DNA of 64,000 nucleotides from Cirrosporium novae-zelandiae (lineage: Eukaryota): positions 744,001 to 808,000 of the forward strand of contig JAPETS010000010.1 of assembly GCA_026023565.1 (NCBI GenBank), written 5' to 3'. Every line of letters begins with the position of its first letter. The stretch's first letter is position 1. A program made the position numbers and the translations under genes. The notes below the pieces were generated by a model. The model had not been told where the DNA came from and searched no databases. It saw only the letters and a program-made list of their open reading frames with translations. This document shows, piece by piece, positions 11,536 through 25,252 of the stretch.

Positions 11536-14500
11536 ATGACCTCGACAAGAGCCGCTCGAAAGTCCAGTCGAGTGTCCAGCCCACTCCCTAAATCTAAGAA
11601 TGGGAATAAAACTCCAGTAGAAGCTGGAAAATCAAAAGAGACGAAAAAAACCTTTCTGGATGAATGGGTAGAGCCACCTATACGTCCACCAGCGCCGAGC
11701 TTTGAAGACTACAAGGGACTTGAAAGACAGGGCGTGTTGGAGTCCATGGCACCTCTAGGGACCTTTCCAAAGGAGAAGCACAGGCCCAAAGCAAGGACTG
11801 AGATATCCGTGAGGAACTCCTTGGGAAATAGTTTGGAAGTGATGGCTGGGAAAGACAGAGCTGGTACTGAGAGCAGTGTTACTTCAGTTGGTATTGGTGA
11901 ACAATCTGATGGGAACAATACTACGGAGAGGTCTACGCGGAATTCAATCGCAAGACAGAAAGAAGAGGATCCGGATTACACTCCCGGTGGCGTATTGAAG
12001 TCTTCCGTCAACAGAACAAGCTCTGCTGCTCTGAGATCTCCTTCGGTGACTGGTTCCGCCACCGGAAGACCTGAAATGGATACTATTGTCGGTTCGGCCA
12101 TTAAAAAGTCTAACGAGATCGGTCAGACAAATCTTGCTTCTGCAATTCAAAAGCTATATGAGGAGACCAAGACCGATCCAGATTTGGCTGCCTTGCTTGA
12201 TGCAGTCTTGAACAAATCTTGCACTAAAGAACAGGGGGACAGATTTCGATCATACCTCAAAGCAGCGAAACAAGATGCAAAAGCGAAAAGAAAAGCTGCC
12301 AAAGCAAGATTATCATCATCTAAAGTATCACCACCTTATCGCATTTCAAAGCCTATGAATCCTCCTTCTAAGCATAGTCAAAGTGTTGTTGGGGCTGAGA
12401 GTGCAGCCAACTCACCAACATCCAAGCCAAGTTCGGAGGTGCTAGATTCCAGAAATCACAACAACTCCCAACCTCACGACAAAGAAAACTCATCTTCTAA
12501 CAACACTCTCAACCTCAACGGATCAGCTGCAAAAATGACCCGTTCAAAGTCTCCCGCTAGTACGTCTTCCCTGTCGTCGCTATCGTCCCCAGATCCAGAA
12601 ATCGAGCCTCCTCACGGGTTAGAAGATTTAGGCCAGTCAACTCCTGATCTAGCAAAGCTTCCAACAAAGTCTGCCAAAAAGTTAAAAGGTTCAAAATCCA
12701 AGGCTCAGCCTCTTTCTAAGATCAAGCCTCCAGTTTATAAGCCGAAGCGAAAGTTACCCAAGTTTACAATAGAACTTACCGACGAAGAGTTTCAGGCAAA
12801 ACGCGCGAAACTCAAACAAGATTTTTCGCACATCGTGGTCGGGTTCAGTGATATCAGAGAGTCTCCATCCTCTAGACCAGCGGTTCGGCCAAGCGAATTC
12901 TATGCAAAGAGCACAGCAGGATCACAGCCAACCTTCTCTGTGGCCCCTCCAAGTGGCACCATCCCACGGCCTCCATCAAAGGCGCCAGTTTCATCAAATG
13001 ACCATCTCCGTCCACCCCAAACTGAATCTCAGTTGGAGAGAGCGACAAGAAAGCGAAGCCATGAAGCTGAAGATTCTGCAACGGCCGGTCCGGCAAAAAG
13101 ACAGTCTCTTCATCATCCAGAGCTATCGCTATCAAGGTCAAGCACGCCAGCTTTAGGTCATCTCATACAGAAGAAATCGGCTCGTGTGAAAGTCTCGTAA
13201 GTTTTACTCCATTCTCATATCTACTTTATCCTCTCGGCTGTTATCTAGAAGAAGGAAATTCCTATTGCTTGCGTGGTTCAGCCTTCAAATGATTGCAGAA
13301 TCACCATCTAATCTCACTATCTAAAAATCATCAAATTTTCTGCCTGTGATGTTTGCTAATTTTTATCTCCTAGGCCAAATAAGAAGAAGTCTGCCGTTAT
13401 CGCCGGTGTGGCTCGAAGTGGCAACCAGCGCTCCACGCCAGTTGTCAACGGTTCGTCTGCTGATAGCGATGAGGTAAGCTCGACCGCATGCAAATTTTAT
13501 GATCCTTCTAATCTATCGCGTCAAACCTAATTTATGTCATCGTATTTTTGGAACGTTGCTAATGCTCTTGATATGTAGGAGAATAATGATTATTGTTCAA
13601 CCTGTGGAGGTAACGGCGAACTTCTTTGCTGTGACGGCTGTATCCGTTCGTTCCACTTTTCATGTGCAGACCCTCCGGAGGACCCCCAAAGCCCCCCCGA
13701 GGGTGAATGGTACTGCAATGTCTGCACCGCAAACAAGGAGCCACCACAAAAACGCCAAAGAGGGCTATTCTCTAGTATGCTTGATGATGTTGAAGCCTTT
13801 AACCCAGTCGCGTATTCACTTCCACGCCTCCTGCGTGAGTATTATGAAGGCGTGAAGACCGGAGAAGAAGGCGAATTTGAGGAGACTGTCGTTCATAAGC
13901 TTAAGTATGTCTAGACCTTTTCGTAGTTGCATTTTCAGAGCTAATTGAAAAATAGAACTCGAGGTGGTTACGCGGAACCCGAGGATACCCGCAAACAGTT
14001 TGACTCCAAGAACCAGCCAGTCCTATGTTACTATTGTGGAAAATCGACCATGGGCGGCCGTCAACTCATCCAATGTGACTATTGTCATGACTATTGGCAT
14101 CTTGATTGCTTGGACCCTCCCCTCGCTAATCCACCCATCAGAGCCTCGGACAAGAGCAAACCCAGAAGCAAATGGCAGTGCCCCAATCACATTGATGGTG
14201 AACTATCACACGTAAAGCTTCAGCACCATCACTCTCGAATTGCAGCAGCCAAGAGACCTCGTTCTGGAAGAGTCGTTACCGAGGGAGAACGCGTGTTTGC
14301 AGTTCGACGTCCAAAGAATGCCAAGATATTCGAACCTGCTCTCCGCCGAGGATACATCAACAACGGAATCATCGAGGTCGAGGACGATTCTGATGATGAT
14401 CAGATGGACGTGGACGAAGATGGTGCCATTCCTCGTTTGTCATCAGAGGGAATTAAACTGGATTTCATTGATCGTGCCAAGCAGTACGTATTATCTCTTT

Positions 14501-14988
14501 GCTCGGACCTGACGTTGTTCAAGCCACTAATAGTTATTATAGACTCCGAGCCTCGAAGGCGGCTTCTACCACCCAGACTCGAGATGCATCCCATGCGATC
14601 CAGGCTAACCTTGAGAAGCGCCCTCTCATCGAGCAGAAGACGGCTCTCAACCTTGCTCAGATGGCTGGAGGTGAAGGTGCCAATCTCAGTGTGGATACTG
14701 TCAATAACCTCATCAATACATTGATCGTAGGTCTTTACCTCACTCACAATTCTCTGCTCTTGGGTACAACAAGCTAACCTTTTTCATCAGGCCGAGGCAC
14801 CATCCCATATCGTTGAAGAAACGATGAACATGGTTGTGAAGTCTAGCAGCAATAATAACCAAAACAGCTGCAGCTCCAATGGCGTAACTTCAACGACCGA
14901 CCTTAAGTCCCTCCTCATTCTCCAAGACCTTATCCGCAAGCGGATTGAGATCGAAAAGAAGGCCGATCAAATCTCTAGCTCTTCTTAG
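11536..14988 (+). CDS. Double PHD-finger chromatin protein (Rco1/Cph1-like, possible Rpd3S subunit)
   Basis: PHD1 NNDYCSTCGGNGELLCCDGCIRSFHFSC...EWYCNVC (~13580-13730). PHD2 CYYC...CDYCHDYWHLDCLDPP...WQCPNH. Multi-exon; last exon 14791-14988 ends in TAG. Confidence 0.8.
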
Positions 14989-16602
14989 GTATGACGAAGC
15001 TAGGTGATGTATCGATGGAAAAAAGCTATTAGGCACCATAATCTGTCCATGAAAGACACACTAAACCTCACTCACATACCACGACACCATTACTACCTTT
15101 TCTCCGCTTGCACAAAACCTACGATGATCATGCCGGGCATGATGGGATGATGATAGAGGGAGAGGCGAATGCAGGGAAGGGAATGTCAGGGACAATACCG
15201 GACACCACGACTTTTTTTTTTTTACTACTACCTCATTTAGGGTCGTGTTGTTCACGGGCGTTTGGATAATGGATTTTTTTTTTCTTCTCCTTCTATTATG
15301 TATTTTTTGTCCCCCATTTTTGAGAGATAGAGAGGGTGGGAAGGGAAGGGAAGGAGAGAGAGCAACCCCTAGCACACACAACAGCAGCATGCATTGCATA
15401 CTTTACGGCGTTTATTATGGAGTATGGATTAGCGCGTACTCGAAATGTCTTTTTTTACTTGTCCGTTTCCCCTTGCCCTTGTCCTTCCTTAAACAAACCA
15501 GCCAACCACACAGCAGGGCAGGACAAGACAAAAGGGGACAGGATAAGACAATTCCTCTTTTTATTCCTTTTCCCTTATCCCTTTTCCATTTTCTTCAAAA
15601 AATTATTCTTTTTTATTATTATTCATGTTCAAAAATCCCCTAAGCAAGCTGGTAGGTAGGGATAGGGGTAGGGGGGACAAGCAAAGAAGGAAGTAAAGTA
15701 GGGGTGGATTATTAAAAAACCAATTCAAATTATATTAATTTTAACATTTTAAATTTGATGTGGGATTCGGGATGGGATGGGATGGGATGGGGGGTGTGTG
15801 TGTGTGAGGGAAAAGGGGGGGGGGGTGGATCAAACAAACAAACAGACAGACAAGGATGTTTCTCTAGATATAGTAATGTCATATAGCATGACATGGCATG
15901 ACATGACATATCTTCTCTTTCCTTCTCCTTCTTCTTCTTTCCATTCCAAGACAAATGCTTAAAAATACCCTTCCAACTTTCTTTTCATGTACTATACAAA
16001 AAAAAATATATATATATTGATTCTCTTAATTATTATCCCTTGTCCCCCACCAAAACAAATAACCCGCAATGGGCGTTGTTCATATCCTCATATCTTTTTA
16101 GTCTTTATATCTCCGTACCTGTTTATTCTGTTTATTTATTTATTATAACTTTTTTCTTTAACTGTGGATATGGAGGTTGGTTTGGATATGATGGTTGTAT
16201 GTATGTATGTATATATATATATATACATGCGAGTTAAATAGGAAATAGGAAAGTAGAAGGGAAGGAAAGGAAAGGGAAAAGAAAGGAAGGGAAGAGGGGG
16301 GGTTTGATGGTTTGGTTTTTTTGGATTTGGGTTATGTATGGGAGGGAGGTTTACGGATTATAGATTCGGATTTAAAGTATATGTATATATACATAGATTT
16401 GATAAATAAAGAATCCTCTCTCACTTAACCCGGTTTTGGTTTTTAATTTTTTGAGATTTGATTGATTGATTGATTGATATTGATTGATTGACAGCAACTA
16501 AGTAACAATAGTACTAAGAGAAAATGAAAAAAATAATACGAATATTTCCATCATGTCCATTATTTATTTCTCCCGAGAGGGGAAAAAAAAGAAAGAAAAA
16601 TA

Positions 16603-16712
16603 TCAATTCTCATCATCATCATCATCAATCTCTGGCGGAGGATCTGATAGTTCTTCATCGCTGCTACTGCTGGTATCGATGTTGTTGTTGTTGTTGGGTT
16701 CTTCTTCCACAG

Positions 16713-16743
<31 letters not shown>

Positions 16744-19700
16744 CTCCACAACCTCCTCCCGGACTTTCCCTCTCCTACTACGCGTTGTTCTTGTTGTTGG
16801 TTTCTTGACGTTGTTCGGCTTTTGTTTTGGTTTTGGTTTTGCCTTTGGTTTGGGTTTGGGTTTGGGTTTAGGTTTGGATTTGGCTCTGGTTCTTGGAGTT
16901 GGTTTGGGGGTTGGTTCTTTTTCCTCTTTTTCGTCGTCTTCTTCTTCATTATCTTCTTCTTCTTCTTCTTTGTCCATGTCTACGTCCACGTCCACTTCGG
17001 CTTCACTAGGTTCTTTGGCTTCTGCCTCCTCGCTGGCTTCCTTGAGTTCTTCCTCGTCGTTGGTGTTGTCGCCATGGCCTTTGTCCCCATCGACATCTTC
17101 ATCTTTATCTGTACCCTCATTTTCATTTTCATTTTCACCTTCCTCTTCGTTCTCCTCGTCTTCATCTTCTTGCTCCGTCGTTTCACCCCTATCCCACCTC
17201 TCCAACTCTTCATCATCCTCACTGCTATCCCGCTCAATATATGTATCCCTCTTCGTCTTCGTGCGTCCACTTCTCCTAATCTCACTACTCGGCACTTCTG
17301 TCATCTTCTTCGGCCGCTTCGGCGTCTTCATCACAGCGCTTTTTCGTGGCGAAGATTTCGACTTTGTGGATTTTGCTCGTTTCTTCGCGGGTCGGTCTTC
17401 GTCATCCTCGTCATGGTGGTTGTTGTGAGTGGCAGAGCCGGTAGGTTTTCGCTTCTTGCTGTTATGATGATGTTGTTTTGGGGGCCTTAACATTTGTCTG
17501 ATGAGGCCCTCTAACCGTTCTTCCACACCATCTGGCAAAAACGTCTTTCGGGCAATTTCGTGCGCTTCATCGCTGGTCTCGATATTCCTAAACAGGCTTG
17601 CCGGCAGGTGAACTTTGCCCGGGAAAGTCTGCATGCTCCAATTATGTATATCTTCGTATGCACGGATAGTAGCTTGTGCAAGATCAGAAAGCGTATGAAG
17701 GCGCGCATCAGCAGCTTCGGAGTTGGGGGTAATGGAATCGCGTGTTTGTTTAACGCGTTGTGCGATGTGGAAGATCAGACCGAGATTTTCTTCACGTGCA
17801 ATGGTCTGTAGATAAAATGTTATGTAGCGGGCCATATCGAGGAGCTCTTCGGCAGTTTGCTCATAGTCTGGGTGGTGGGCAAGGAGAGTGAGAAGGCGGG
17901 CAAAGACCATCTCCATGACGGTGCTGTTGGCTGCCTTGAAAAACGCGGCGCGTGACCGGATCCATGTGATTGATTCGCGCTTGAAGGCTGTTATGGGCTC
18001 AAAAGCGAGGAGAAAGTTGACAGTGTAAAAGCGGGGTGGAAGACTATTCTTGATGAGGTATTTCTTGAGTTTTGTGATAAAGGAGGAGCGAACTTCAAAG
18101 ACAGAATCTTGAGCCATAATGGATAAACTATTAAAATACGAGGGGGTGAGAAGATCGTCGAGTGGTTTCTTGCGGGAAAGTTTGAGAAGGAGTTGCGAGG
18201 CTTGGAGACGGAGGCGCGGTTTGTGGGTGGCAGGGGTATCATTTTCTGAGGATATCTCGCCTTCTTTGTCGACAAGTTCGATGAGAAGCTTGTAGATGGG
18301 CTGGCCCAGTTCTTTGAGGGCGGCGAGGTCGGTGTCGACATCGAGACAACATCGAACCCGATTGGCAAGGAGTCTGAGGGCCCAGTACTTGGCAGCACAC
18401 TCATCGTCGATTGTTTCAGACCACTCGTAGTCACTATTAGGACTTGGCGAGCGATTCTTCTGAATAATATCACGAGCAATCTCTATAAGCTTGCTGCTTT
18501 GTCTATCGGCTTCCCGAGGTGCGCTTAGGATCAGTTGACTGAGCATTGCAATTTTTGTCAAGAACTGATCACAGCCATATTCAAACCCTTTGATACTCTT
18601 GTCCATGAGTTCCCGTGCATACATCTCCTTCTTATCTGCAGTAGCCATCAGGATAGTGACAGCTTGCTTTGAAACTTCAGGTGGCCCTTGTGTTGCATAA
18701 TTAACAAGACATTGTAGAAAGCTTCGGCCCTTTGGCATTTCCTTTGGCAGTCTTTTTGCAAACCCGGCACATGCTTTTAGAGTGTCTAGTGCACCTGGTT
18801 CATCTGGCCGCTGTTCTTCGATTGTTTTGCAAATCTCCTTTACGTGGCTCTTGAGTATTTCAGGGTGGTAATCGGAAATTTGCTGCAAGAGTTCATGAGC
18901 AGCAGATCCCAAGCCATTTCCATCTTCCCTTGATAGATGTATGATTGCTGGTACATGGCTTTTGTTATAGACCACTAGACTCGATCGATATATCAATGGC
19001 ATCATCGTTTCGAGAACCCCTCCTAGGGCCTTGTCACCCTTCACCCTCTTCTCAAGCTCCTTGATAGCTTTGTAGACTGTCCTGTAATCGCTCTCTGGGG
19101 CCATGCAAAACTGTATTAATTTGTAGTTACGCCTATCATTTCTGTCTGCGAATTTCCATAAATGGTTTGATGCCGCAGTTACTTCTGGGTATAATTTGGA
19201 TATATGCTCAATCACAGCGGCAAGTTTCTTCTTGACAATCTTTTCTTCCTCTTCATCATCAATAGTCCCACCGTTGTAGTCGTCGCATTTTTGGATGAAT
19301 AATGTCATCAGTTGAGCCATCTTCACCTGCCTCTGACCAATTATTCCGCAAAAGACCTTTTTAGCTTTCTCGTCAAGACCTTTGAGTAGGGTTAATATGC
19401 GTTGTGTTCGGATCATATCTGGGTCAGGCTCCGTTGATTCCGAGTTTCCGTTCTGTTGGCTTTGCGTCTGAGTGCTTCCATTTTCTGTACCATTTTGTTT
19501 CGACTTGATGGGGGGGAATCCCATTGGCAATAGAAGCTCGAACAGACAATGATCCAAAAGTATATGAACATCTGGGTCACCGGTATACCAAGACTCAAAA
19601 ATCTTGGTAGGAGCGCCGCCTAGGGCAACCTGAACTTGTTCATTACCAGCTTGGATCTCTCCAACAGCAACCCCCCATATGCGACTCAGGACCCTCATAG

Positions 19701-21369
19701 CTTCTTCACGAACATGATGTTTTCGATCTTTCACTCGTTCAGCCAGAACCGAAAGTACACATGCATCCGTATCTACTCCACCTTTCGAAGAGAGCTTCAT
19801 GATAATGTCCCTGAAACCGAACCTTCCCACGGCCTTGACCCCTGCGATGCGAACTTTCTCATCACCATCGCCAAGCATGCGGGCAAGATCATCGAGTAGC
19901 CGTTGCTCATCACTAGGACTGAGACCTCTTCCACCAGCAGACGTTGATAGAATTCTACCAATGGCCGTTGTCCAGGCAGATCGAACCAAGGAAGATTTAT
20001 CCATTCGACGGCTTAGAAAGGTTTTGTAAGCGTCTGAATGTGTCTGAGGGAAAGATAGTGGAGCATTAGGCATTGTCAGAATGTTTCGTTGCAAATCGTT
20101 CCCGTACGTAGCCAGGCTTGCGGTTGGGTATGCTGCGGGATCCATGGGAGGTGGAGGTGGAAGGCCGGCAGCACCTATGCCGGCAGCAATATCACCGAGT
20201 GTTTCTGTAGCAAGAAGTCGGATTGGAACATTATCAGCCGATAACTCTGCATCAAGCTGAGGGATGACATTCGGCAAGACCTCTGGACAAGCTCTCCAAA
20301 GTTCCCGTATGAGCTGATGCGCTTTTCTCAAATCCTTAAGATCATCTTCACCATACGTCGGTCCTTCGACGTCGGAATCATCGTCTAGGCTTGCCCGTCG
20401 GTGACCTCCTCTGGCACCGCCGCTATTTACAGTTTCGGACGCATCCACGGCGACGTCATTAAAGTATTGGCTCGCGTAGCGCGCCATCTTCTCCGGACAA
20501 GCCATACAAATGCCCTTTGCCATATTATAAGCAGGGGGCAATTCCTTTAATAATAATGTAGTCTGTTTCTCATCCCACTCGGCCTGCGTCCCCTCTTTCT
20601 TATTCTTGGGCGTGTTTTGCATGATCTTAGGATCAACCCGGAGAAACTGTGCCAATATTACATCGATAACATCTGGTGGTACGGCATTTGACTCGTCTAT
20701 CAGTATAACCAGTATGGAGGTCATATGGTACTCCGCATTTTTGGATAAGGATTCTCCACTTGGAGAGTTTGAAGAGCTTGAGACAACATCAAAAAAACAA
20801 GTAAAAAGTCGCAGCATAAGTTCGTCGGCGGTTGGGACGTCTCCGAGTAAGCAGATACTCTTGAAATCGGACAGACTAGTCAGAACGTGTAGATGCTGAC
20901 TATTATAAGCATTTGTGGGATCGGAAAGAGCCGGTAATATCGAGTTGACGATCAACGAGAACACTTCCTGTATATATCGTTAGTATTTGCCGTATTATTC
21001 TTGGGGAATTTATTCATTCTCTACCTTCAATTGGGTACTCGTGAATGGCGCATCGGGTGCGCAGACCCTCAGTATTTCTACCTGAGCACACGCTGCCCAT
21101 GCTCTTACTCCTCTGTCCTTGTGTTTTGTGATGTTGGAGTGGGTTAATTGGGATGCGACAGATCTAAATGATTCTCGGTCGACTTCCTGATCCTGTTCTT
21201 GATCGATGGAGCACAACTCTTCCACCAATGTTTTTAACCGTTTGAGCAATTCCCCCACCGGGATAGGCTTTCCTGCGCGCCATGATAGAGATTGGTTGAA
21301 TTGCAAGCGTGGGGTGTTATCCGGGTCCTCCTCCTGTGGAGGTGGCGGAGATGATCTTCGTGTTCGCAT
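16603..21369 (-). CDS. PDS5: Sister chromatid cohesion protein Pds5 (BimD/Spo76), HEAT repeats
   Basis: Exon 1 has HKDRGVRAWAAC...LRVCAPDAPFT; intron 21024-20968; 1453-aa ORF with LLAHHPDY and HIAQRVKQTRD and a charged low-complexity tail. Confidence 0.95.
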
Positions 21370-21591
21370 CTTGATTCCTTGCGCGATGAGGTGAGCTATG
21401 AAGGATTTGCTGAATTAGCTGGAGATGATATCGGTGACCTTTCGAGGTTTCATTGGATTAAATACAATATTCAGAGGACGGACATTCTGGGTTGGGTTTG
21501 TGTGACAACACTTTGCGCCAGTTGGGGGGATTGACCTCAGGTGGAGGTGGTGGAGGTTCTGACAGTAGCTTGACCGTAGCTTGGTAGCTTG

Positions 21592-21607
21592 ACGCGCTGA
21601 GTCGCGT
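21592..21607. promoter_or_regulatory. Paired MCB-like (ACGCG) sites upstream of PDS5
   Basis: ACGCG at 21592-21596 and CGCGT at 21603-21607, about 230 bp upstream of the ATG. Confidence 0.45.
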
Positions 21608-22316
21608 GTCTTTTTTGACGCACCTACTAATAAACATAAACTCCACCCTAACACTAGGTCTAGGGCTTGGAAATTTACGAAATAAATATCCTTGAAGAGG
21701 TATAACAGAGGATGACGACTCGAGAGCAAATGGAATGGATGAATTATTCGACGTACTCGATGCTAAAACTTAGGAAGCTTACAGCCCCTCACCGTATCTT
21801 GCCGCCTACCAGGTAGCTACACAACACTACAGCAAGATAATGAAATCAAATGGCCTAATTAAATCCAGGTACATACAATATTAATGGATGTGATCAATAT
21901 AATGTAAGTCATGATTTCAGCATTGTTTCATTTCCGAGATGCCGCGATATTTCTTTTCTCCGAAGTCCTCGGCTACTTAGACTTGTTATTCCACTTCGAC
22001 AGTAGTTCATCAAATACTGTACTTCAGTCTCAGCTTCTCAAGCTTGCCAAGCAATAAATTCACAAGTGCGATGTTCCGTTCCTGTCTATCAGGTCCACAA
22101 AGTGCTAGAATAGTCGTTTGCATCCGCATCCCCAAATTCTATTTTTCATAGTATTTGGCATGGTTGTCTATTATATAAAGCGACTCCATTGTACACCTGA
22201 CCCGGAATATCTTCCGCCATTTTATAACCGTAGCCTTTAGCTTTTTTTGCAGCTAGCCGGGGCAGCTTCTCTTTGCGATGAGGGGTTGGTAGTTTATGGT
22301 GTAGAAAAAATCTCGC

Positions 22317-22993
22317 TCAAGTAGTAAACAGGGTATCCTCCTATGTGATATTAGTATCTAGCCGTACATATCATACTACAAAGATCAAGCTTACTTCTCT
22401 CAAGTACTCTCCAATATCGGCCTGTCTGAACGTAGCAATTCCAGTGGGATCAAGCTTTCTGGCTTCAGCGGTAGATCGTGCAGTGACTCCAAATCCCTAG
22501 CAGAGCTTGTTAGATATGACAACCTCAAAAAATCTAGCATAAGATATACCAATGGTGTATCATTCATTCCATAAACCACCACTCCCTGGTGCTCCGGACA
22601 ATCTTCACTCCATCTTCCTACATGCGCCTTCAACACATGTCCACCGTATAGGTATGGCATCTCTCCATTTGGCTTCACCCAGACCTTATACCTAGCATGC
22701 GGGGCTATGATATCAAGAGCGGTAATGTGTAATCTGAATTTTCCAGTCTTGGTGAATTTTCCAAGACAAGTACCCAGGGAAAGCAGGTTATGGCGTGCGA
22801 TTGTGGTAGCCATATTAGCTATTGATAGACGGACATAGTATACTCGTGATTGATGTAGTCGAAAGACATGACGATCGTTCGAATCAGCTTCTGCGCCAGA
22901 AGGAGGTGCGATAAGATGGTTGAGAGATCGGCCAGTATAATTGGCTAATTTCTCAAAGAGAGCCTTGGTCTCAACTTCTGTTAGGGGACGCAT
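22317..22993 (-). CDS. NIP7: 60S ribosome subunit biogenesis protein Nip7
   Basis: [58 protein letters not shown]. Two 3' introns; last exon EDTLFTT* ends at 22317. Confidence 0.95.
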
Positions 22994-23209
22994 GATTATG
23001 GCTTATAATCAGGCTTGGGCTTGAAAGTCCTAGACCTTGAAGTTGTGTTGGAGAGCGGAAGCTATTGCGGAGGTGGTGGGTTTGCAAAATTTCTAAGCTA
23101 GCACGAAATCTTGGCAGAAGTTCTGACGCCGATTCCCTGTACTACAAAAAAAAAAGTTTACATTTTAGGCGGTTTACAATTTGGAAACCAAACCACAATA
23201 GCTACAATT

Positions 23210-25252
23210 ATGCCTGGACGATCAATCAAACGCAGGCGACTTAGCCCTCCGGCTGTTCAAGCTACTGCCCCCGAATCTTTAGAGAATGACGACCAGGTTC
23301 CAGATAACGACTTTTTGCGCCATGCAGCAAAGTGGAACCTAGAGCAGGATTATGAACAACGGCCTCGAAAGCTGGGAAAGAAAGGGAAAGAAGATACTAG
23401 ACTTCCTATTAAGACATATGAGGGGAAGATCGAACACTTGCCTGTGTCCGAGCCTATAGAAGAGGTGGAAGATGGAGATAGCTTTCTAGATTCCGCACCA
23501 GAAGAGGATGAATCGCCGAACGAGGGCGAGAAGAAGGTGGTCTCTACAATTCCAATTAAGCAGCAGATTGTTGAAGCGAAAGAAGAGCTTGCTAGGCTTG
23601 GTACTATGATCAGTGAGGATCCAGAGGAGAACTCGAAAGCTTTCAAACGATTGAACGAAATCGCCGATACTCCGAATCTATCTATCAAGAAACTTGCATT
23701 GGCTACAGAACTTGCTGTCTACAAAGATATTATTCCCGGATATCGCATACGACCTTTGAGCGAAGCAGATAGAGCAACAAAGGTTTCTAAAGATGTACGG
23801 CGGTTGAGAGACTTTGAACAATCACTGGTCGCGGGCTATCAAAAATACGTTCAAGATTTGGCTTCATCAAGCAGACTTTCCAAAAAATATAATGACAAGG
23901 CTCATGCGACAGTTGCTGCGCTGGCGGTGTCTTGCGCTTGCGCTTTGTTAACGGCTGTTCCCCATTTCAACTTTCGGGGCGAGTTGATGAAAATTGTCGT
24001 TGAGAAGCTATCAGCCATGACAATCAACGATACGTTTATGAAGGCTCGGGAGGCTTTGGAGACATTATTTCGTGAAGATGAAGATGGCGGAGCATCTTTG
24101 GAGGCGGTAACTCTGTTGGCAAAAATGATGAGGGCCAAAGATTATCGAGTAGATGAAAGCGTGCTCAACACTTTCTTGTCCTTAAGGCTACTCTCCGAGC
24201 TTCCTGCTAAGGCTTCCCAAAATAAAGTTGACAAAATCGATCAGCAGGAGGATAACCAAAGCAAGAAATCCAAAGCCAAACGCGAGTTTAGAACGAAGAA
24301 ACAACGCAAGATAGATAAGGAGCGGAGAGGGATTGAGAAGGAGATGAGAGAAGCAGATGCAGTTGTTGGCCACGAGGAGCGAGACCGCATGCAGTCCGAA
24401 ACCCTTAAAATAGTATTTGCAACCTACTTTCGGATTCTAAAGGCCCAAATTCCGGGGCTGATGGGAGCTGTTCTTGAGGGATTGGCGAAATATACCCATC
24501 TAATCAACCAAGACTTCTTTGGTGATCTCTTGGAGGGATTGAGAGAGTTAGTCAATCAATCGGAAGGCTTCACCCCAGCAGAAGAATCCGAGGAAGGTGA
24601 TGAGGCAGACGCGAGTCGAAATGTGTCACGGGAATCACTTCTTTGCATTATCACGGCATTTGCTCTGCTAGAAGGTCAGGACGTCACCAAGGCAGCCGCA
24701 TATCTTCATTTGGATCTTAGCTTCTTCATTGCTCGACTATACAGGAATCTCTATTCTCTTGCACTCAACCCAGACATTGAGATGAGTGCGAAATCTCTAC
24801 ATCTTCCAGATCCCAACTCTCTAAATCCCAGGACAACTCATATGAACAAAATCAATGTGCAAACTACCATCGTCCTTCTTTTACGAGCACTTACATCAAT
24901 CCTACTTCCCTCCTTCTCCATCAAGTCTGTCCCCCCTCTACGGGTTGCAGCCTTCTCTAAGCAACTAATGACATCATCGCTGCAAACACCTGAAAAGTCG
25001 TCTGTGGCAATTCTCGGATTAATGAACCGTATCGGCAAAACCCACGGAAGCAAGGTGGCTAGGATGTGGAGCACAGAAGAGAGGAAAGGGGATGGAAATT
25101 TCAACGCCTTGGGGGAAGAGATTGAAAGCAGTAACCCGTTCGCCACCACGATCTGGGAAGGACAGCTTCTTCGGAAACATTTTTGCCCTGCAGTTCGTGA
25201 AGCATCTCTCAATCTGGATACGACGATTCAGGAAACGATTTCATCGTCGTGA
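23210..25252 (+). CDS. NOC3: Nucleolar complex-associated protein 3
   Basis: RLPIKT, VYKDIIPGYRIRPL, PHFNFR, LEGLAKYTHLINQDFFGDLL. ATG at 23210; intronless. Confidence 0.93.
   Translation: MPGRSIKRRRLSPPAVQATAPESLENDDQVPDNDFLRHAAKWNLEQDYEQRPRKLGKKGKEDTRLPIKTYEGKIEHLPVSEPIEEVEDGDSFLDSAPEEDESPNEGEKKVVSTIPIKQQIVEAKEELARLGTMISEDPEENSKAFKRLNEIADTPNLSIKKLALATELAVYKDIIPGYRIRPLSEADRATKVSKDVRRLRDFEQSLVAGYQKYVQDLASSSRLSKKYNDKAHATVAALAVSCACALLTAVPHFNFRGELMKIVVEKLSAMTINDTFMKAREALETLFREDEDGGASLEAVTLLAKMMRAKDYRVDESVLNTFLSLRLLSELPAKASQNKVDKIDQQEDNQSKKSKAKREFRTKKQRKIDKERRGIEKEMREADAVVGHEERDRMQSETLKIVFATYFRILKAQIPGLMGAVLEGLAKYTHLINQDFFGDLLEGLRELVNQSEGFTPAEESEEGDEADASRNVSRESLLCIITAFALLEGQDVTKAAAYLHLDLSFFIARLYRNLYSLALNPDIEMSAKSLHLPDPNSLNPRTTHMNKINVQTTIVLLLRALTSILLPSFSIKSVPPLRVAAFSKQLMTSSLQTPEKSSVAILGLMNRIGKTHGSKVARMWSTEERKGDGNFNALGEEIESSNPFATTIWEGQLLRKHFCPAVREASLNLDTTIQETISSS

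Noticed and set aside
16553..17490. Long + strand Ser/Phe/Leu-rich ORFs (291 aa, 222 aa)
   Set aside because: Antisense shadows of the low-complexity PDS5 tail.
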